A stretch of 41,010 nucleotides of DNA from Clostridia bacterium. GTDB taxonomy: Bacteria; Bacillota; Clostridia; Christensenellales; CAG-917. The stretch spans positions 1-41,010 of the forward strand of contig JAZRGC010000087.1 of NCBI GenBank assembly GCA_045643985.1, read 5' to 3'. Every line of letters begins with the position of its first letter. Within the stretch, counting starts at the first letter, position 1. Of the stretch, positions 37,061-41,010 are shown piece by piece. A model generated the notes under the pieces. It ran no database searches, was not told where the DNA came from, and worked only from the letters and a program-made list of their open reading frames with translations. A program made the position numbers and the translations under genes.

Positions 37061-38551
37061 ATGAAGCACTCTAAATTTGTTCTAAAGATAACATTGCTTG
37101 TCGTTGTGATGCTTGCTGTTGTTGCATTGGTCGCTTGTGATGATGCTGAGCCAGAGTCAGATATAAATGGTTTATATTATTGGCATTTGGATAAGTATGA
37201 AACAAATACAGAAATAGTGGAATCATATGGCATTTATGGAGATGCGCAACGATATAAGAGCTATATATATTTCATCAATGGAAGTGAAACACAGGAATAT
37301 GCAGACAACACTTGGGGCGTCCCAGTTAGAAATGCTATCGTAAGGGCAAGCTTCAACAGAGAGGGCAATTATAGCGACACTGTTGTTATCGTTCCTAAAA
37401 GAGTGTTGACAAAAAATGAGGGCGGCGGATTTGCAATCATATACGATTGGATTTACTATGCAACACCAAGCATAAACTCGGACGGCAGTGTTTCAACGAC
37501 ACATATTGACTTTATGCGCACAAGAATTGATGCAAAGGTGACAACACTTCTTGCAACAGTTGAAGGCAGAGATATAGACTATTATTTCACTCCCACAAGA
37601 GTGTTTTATAAGAGAGCAAGCCACTCAACGGTCAATTATATTGATTTCAGCGCAGTAGATGACACTCAAAGCTCAAATGATGGTGCAGGTATTGTTCATG
37701 ACGTTTTTCTAGAAAATGTTGAAACAGTCAAATGGATTTATTCTCAAATGAGCAAATACATTTACTACACTACAAAAACAGGTGATGTTGGAAGTAAATT
37801 CTACAATACGTTAAATCGTATTCTGCCTGATGGCACAGGTCAGGAAGTCCTCATAGATGAAAATTCCTATTCGTCTACAAAAGATGACGGAGATTCAAAT
37901 AAAAATACATTTCGAATCGACCTTATAGATTTGGAGCACTCAGGCAGTGAAGGTCATTTGATTTACACAAAGACAAGCCTTAATGATGGACAAGAAAAAT
38001 TGGAAGGGATTTTTGTTTGTGCAATTAAAGAATCGTATGAGCTTGATTTGGTCCATGAGCGGTGTCTATTAAAAGAAGAAGTTCTGAACGATGTAGAACT
38101 AAACTCTGTTTATTACTATACCAATGTGTATGGTGGAAGTGGCGATGCCATAGTCACTAAAAGTGACGGCAAGGTATATCTCATAGACATTAGGAACGAA
38201 GGAAATAGTGAAAAACTCCTTATCGACGAAGAAGTCAAATTTGTGTGTGTGACAAACAGCAATATATTGTATATTGATGCAGAAAACAGACTTTGGATAC
38301 AGTGTGATACATCGGGTTTTTTGAACGAAAGAAGAATTGTGCTGGACGACACAACAGATATTGACCTAAACAGAACAAAAATTGTGTCATATTACTTTGG
38401 CTGGTTTACGAGTGTAGATTATTTGATGTATGTTGATAAAAACACGGGTAAATCAAAAATAATCTCCCTTGAGGACTTGTTTAGTTGGTACTATAACGGA
38501 GATGGCGAAGAAATTTTTGAGGAAGTGACTTCGTACGAAATCGGTATTTAA
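37061..38551 (+). CDS. DUF5050-like lipoprotein, paralog 1
   Basis: Signal peptide with lipobox LVAC. It shares blocks with the next ORF: YFINGxxT, NTWGVPVRNAIVRA, VVIVPK, GGFAIxxDWIYYATP, THIDFMRTRIDA and NYIDFS. Confidence 0.8.
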   Translation: MKHSKFVLKITLLVVVMLAVVALVACDDAEPESDINGLYYWHLDKYETNTEIVESYGIYGDAQRYKSYIYFINGSETQEYADNTWGVPVRNAIVRASFNREGNYSDTVVIVPKRVLTKNEGGGFAIIYDWIYYATPSINSDGSVSTTHIDFMRTRIDAKVTTLLATVEGRDIDYYFTPTRVFYKRASHSTVNYIDFSAVDDTQSSNDGAGIVHDVFLENVETVKWIYSQMSKYIYYTTKTGDVGSKFYNTLNRILPDGTGQEVLIDENSYSSTKDDGDSNKNTFRIDLIDLEHSGSEGHLIYTKTSLNDGQEKLEGIFVCAIKESYELDLVHERCLLKEEVLNDVELNSVYYYTNVYGGSGDAIVTKSDGKVYLIDIRNEGNSEKLLIDEEVKFVCVTNSNILYIDAENRLWIQCDTSGFLNERRIVLDDTTDIDLNRTKIVSYYFGWFTSVDYLMYVDKNTGKSKIISLEDLFSWYYNGDGEEIFEEVTSYEIGI

Positions 38552-38659
38552 CAGAGCCAAGAAAATAATGAAAAAACAACAAGCACACAGCGTGTGCAAC
38601 AATATAAAAAACCTAGGCGAGAGCCAGAAATAAATCAGTAGCAAAATCAGGAGTATATT

Positions 38660-40087
38660 ATGAACAAAAAACTTTTTGTAAGCATCATCTCAGTGGTTGC
38701 ACTTGTTGCAGTTCTTGCAACACTTCTTGTCGGTTGCAATTCATTTGCATGGACATCAGTTGGCGGAGGCGAACCCGATGCAGACGTGATCTCAAATGGT
38801 GGATATTTTGTCAAGCAAGGCAAATATGTCTATTTCATCAATGGCTATGACACAGCAGAAGTCATCGACAACACTTTCGGTGTTCCTGTGAAGAACAGTA
38901 TCGTCAGAGCAGAACTTGTTGACGGCGAATACAAAAACTTTGTTGTTGTAGTCCCCAAGCAAGTATACAACAAAGATGCAAACGGTGGCTTTGCAATCTT
39001 TGGCGAATGGATCTACTATGCAACACCCAACAATGATGAAGACATTCACGGTCATGCATCAACCACACACACAGACTTTATGCGCACAAAGATTGATGGC
39101 TCAGCAACACAACTCATTGCAACCATCAACAGCCGTACAAGCCAATATCTCTTTACAGAATCACGTATTCTTGTCAGCAATGGCACATCAATCAACTATA
39201 TTGATTTCAGTGGCATGAAAGACAATGGCAGTTCAAGAAGCAAAGCAGGCGTCAAGACTGGCATCCTTGCAGAAAACGTTGAATCATTCCAATGGGATAT
39301 GAACAGTGACTATGTCTATTTCACCGAAACAGTCACAGGCGACACAAGTTACGAATTCTGCAACACTCTCAATGCAATCAAGATTGATGGCACAGAAGAT
39401 AAGAAAGTCCTTGCAGACAAGTTGACATATCTCAACGATGAAGAAAAGAAGAACTACACAGATTTCTTCTCAACAAAGGTCTTCAACTTTGCACTTGTTG
39501 ATATGGTTGTGGAAGCAGATGGCGCAACACTCTACTACACAAAGTCAACATACATCAACAGCCAAAAGGAAGTCCAAGGTTTGTTTGTCAATAAAGTTGC
39601 ATTTGGTGGTGACTTTGCAGTTGCAGGCGAAAAGCAAATCTCAAAGAACACAACAATCACAACAGTTTATGGCCTTAACTTTGCAGACGGCGCACTTGTG
39701 ACAATTGGCTCAAACATCTATCTTGCAAACTCAGCAGAAGGTGTCACAACAGACAACACTCCTATCATCGGCAGAGCAGCAACCATCCAAACCATCCACA
39801 ACGGAGTTGTCTATTACACAGACAGCACAGGTGGCAAGGTGTATGCAATCAACCTTGACGGCACAAACAATGAAAACGTTGTCTTTGAAGCAAAATTCAA
39901 CACCTCATGGCTCAACCTTGAAATCAATGCAGAAGGGGACAACCTTATGATCGCATTCTTCAACAGCGATTACTACAACTATCTCCACGTTGCAAACATT
40001 ATGAGTGACGAAGATAGCACAATGCTCGGCATCATCAACGATGCAGACAAGGAAGCCATCGAAAAGGCAGAAGAAGAAAATAAATAA
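38660..40087 (+). CDS. DUF5050-like lipoprotein, paralog 2
   Basis: Signal peptide with lipobox LVGC and the same conserved blocks (YFINGYDT, NTFGVPVKNSIVRA, VVVVPK, GGFAIFGEWIYYATP, THTDFMRTKIDG, NYIDFS). AGGAG Shine-Dalgarno. Confidence 0.8.
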   Translation: MNKKLFVSIISVVALVAVLATLLVGCNSFAWTSVGGGEPDADVISNGGYFVKQGKYVYFINGYDTAEVIDNTFGVPVKNSIVRAELVDGEYKNFVVVVPKQVYNKDANGGFAIFGEWIYYATPNNDEDIHGHASTTHTDFMRTKIDGSATQLIATINSRTSQYLFTESRILVSNGTSINYIDFSGMKDNGSSRSKAGVKTGILAENVESFQWDMNSDYVYFTETVTGDTSYEFCNTLNAIKIDGTEDKKVLADKLTYLNDEEKKNYTDFFSTKVFNFALVDMVVEADGATLYYTKSTYINSQKEVQGLFVNKVAFGGDFAVAGEKQISKNTTITTVYGLNFADGALVTIGSNIYLANSAEGVTTDNTPIIGRAATIQTIHNGVVYYTDSTGGKVYAINLDGTNNENVVFEAKFNTSWLNLEINAEGDNLMIAFFNSDYYNYLHVANIMSDEDSTMLGIINDADKEAIEKAEEENK

Positions 40088-40090
40088 CCA

Positions 40091-40792
40091 ATGAAAACAA
40101 TTCTCATCACTGGTGGAAGTCGTGGAATAGGGGAAGCCATTGTACGTCTTGCTTCAAGCAAGTATAAAGTGGCTTTCACCTACAACACTAATGAAGCAAG
40201 GGCAAAAGCACTGGCAAATGAAGTCGGTGCACATTGCTATCCTTGTGACGTTTCATCATCGGCCAGTGTTGAGAAAATGATTGCCAATGTTGTTGATGAC
40301 TTGGGGTCAATTGACCTTCTTGTCAACAATGCAGGCATTGCTGAAGACAAACTTTTCCAAGACATCACCGATGAAGATTGGAAAAGAATGATGGGTGTCA
40401 ATCTTGACGGCACATTTTATGTGACAAGAGCAGTTGTGCCAATGATGATTTCAAAGGGCGCAGGGCACATTGTCAATGTGGCTTCTATGTGGGGCACAGA
40501 TGGTGCCAGCATGGAAACTCATTATTCTGCATCAAAAGCAGGTGTCATAGGGCTTACAAAGGCTCTTGCAAAGGAACTTGCCCCATCTCACATCACAGTA
40601 AATGCAGTTGCTCCCGGAGCAATTGACACCGATATGATGAAGGTGTACAGCAAGGATGAACTTGATGCTTTCATAGGTGAAATCCCCATGGGCAGGCTTG
40701 GCACACCAAAAGAAGTGGCAGAAGCAGTGATGTTTTTGCTTTCAGCAGATTATATTACGGGCGAAGTGCTTTCAATCCGAGGTGGATATTGA
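40091..40792 (+). CDS. fabG: Short-chain dehydrogenase/reductase, 3-oxoacyl-ACP reductase (FabG)-like
   Basis: 233 aa with TGGSRGIG, NNAG and catalytic YSASKAG. SDR substrate specificity cannot be assigned from sequence alone. Confidence 0.7.
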   Translation: MKTILITGGSRGIGEAIVRLASSKYKVAFTYNTNEARAKALANEVGAHCYPCDVSSSASVEKMIANVVDDLGSIDLLVNNAGIAEDKLFQDITDEDWKRMMGVNLDGTFYVTRAVVPMMISKGAGHIVNVASMWGTDGASMETHYSASKAGVIGLTKALAKELAPSHITVNAVAPGAIDTDMMKVYSKDELDAFIGEIPMGRLGTPKEVAEAVMFLLSADYITGEVLSIRGGY

Positions 40793-40919
40793 TTGCCCCC
40801 GAAAAAACACAGGTTTTCAAGGGTAAAGCCTTGAAAATAGCCAAAAAATCAACACCAAGTGCAAGTCAAAAAATTACGTTTTTGCAAGGTGTTGGAAAAA
40901 AATGTTTTAACCCACTGGG

Positions 40920-40948
40920 TTGACACTACATTTTTAATGTATTATAAT
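40920..40948 (+). promoter_or_regulatory. Perfect consensus sigma-A promoter firing toward the right window edge
   Basis: TTGACA (40920-40925), 17 nt, TATAAT (40943-40948). No start codon with an RBS follows in the remaining ~60 nt. Confidence 0.6.
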
Positions 40949-41010
40949 GTATAAACCAATAAGGTTTGTTTTAATGTATGTGCGCTCAGAAGTCGGATCG
41001 TAGCCATGTC

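Overview
This window looks like the origin-proximal chromosome of a low-GC Bacillota (Clostridia-like) bacterium; that assignment is inferred from gene content only. All calls come from manual reading of the sequence and ORF track. No database search, RNA folding or statistics were run.

Recognisable genes are:
- dnaA (5' fragment at the left edge), dnaN, an orphan parB, rsmG, mtnN and luxS
- a 2H phosphoesterase, gyrB-gyrA and a GH13 alpha-glucosidase
- uppP, ychF and argS
- rpmH-rnpA-yidD-yidC-jag-mnmE-mnmG
- a GPH-type transporter plus a Dabb protein, a glmM-like mutase and trxB
- asnS-asnA-aspS, two tandem paralogous DUF5050-like lipoproteins and a fabG-like SDR

I saw no tRNA, rRNA, CRISPR array, transposase, integrase or recognisable defence genes. 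I found no protein-coding candidate for a novel system. The unusual content is non-coding:
1. A 3.1-kb gene-free island (5699-8782) has mirror-image strand composition and A-/T-tracts in a 10-bp register. It also carries a cluster of parS sites, including one exact match to the B. subtilis parS.
2. A ~0.4-kb non-coding element is present twice (437-883 and 31247-31660) with its core in opposite orientation. Copy 2 lies behind a near-consensus promoter with paired palindromic operators.
3. The origin synteny is non-canonical. dnaN lies upstream of dnaA on the same strand, the rpmH-to-mnmG cluster is co-oriented downstream of gyrBA, and there are three separate DnaA-box clusters.
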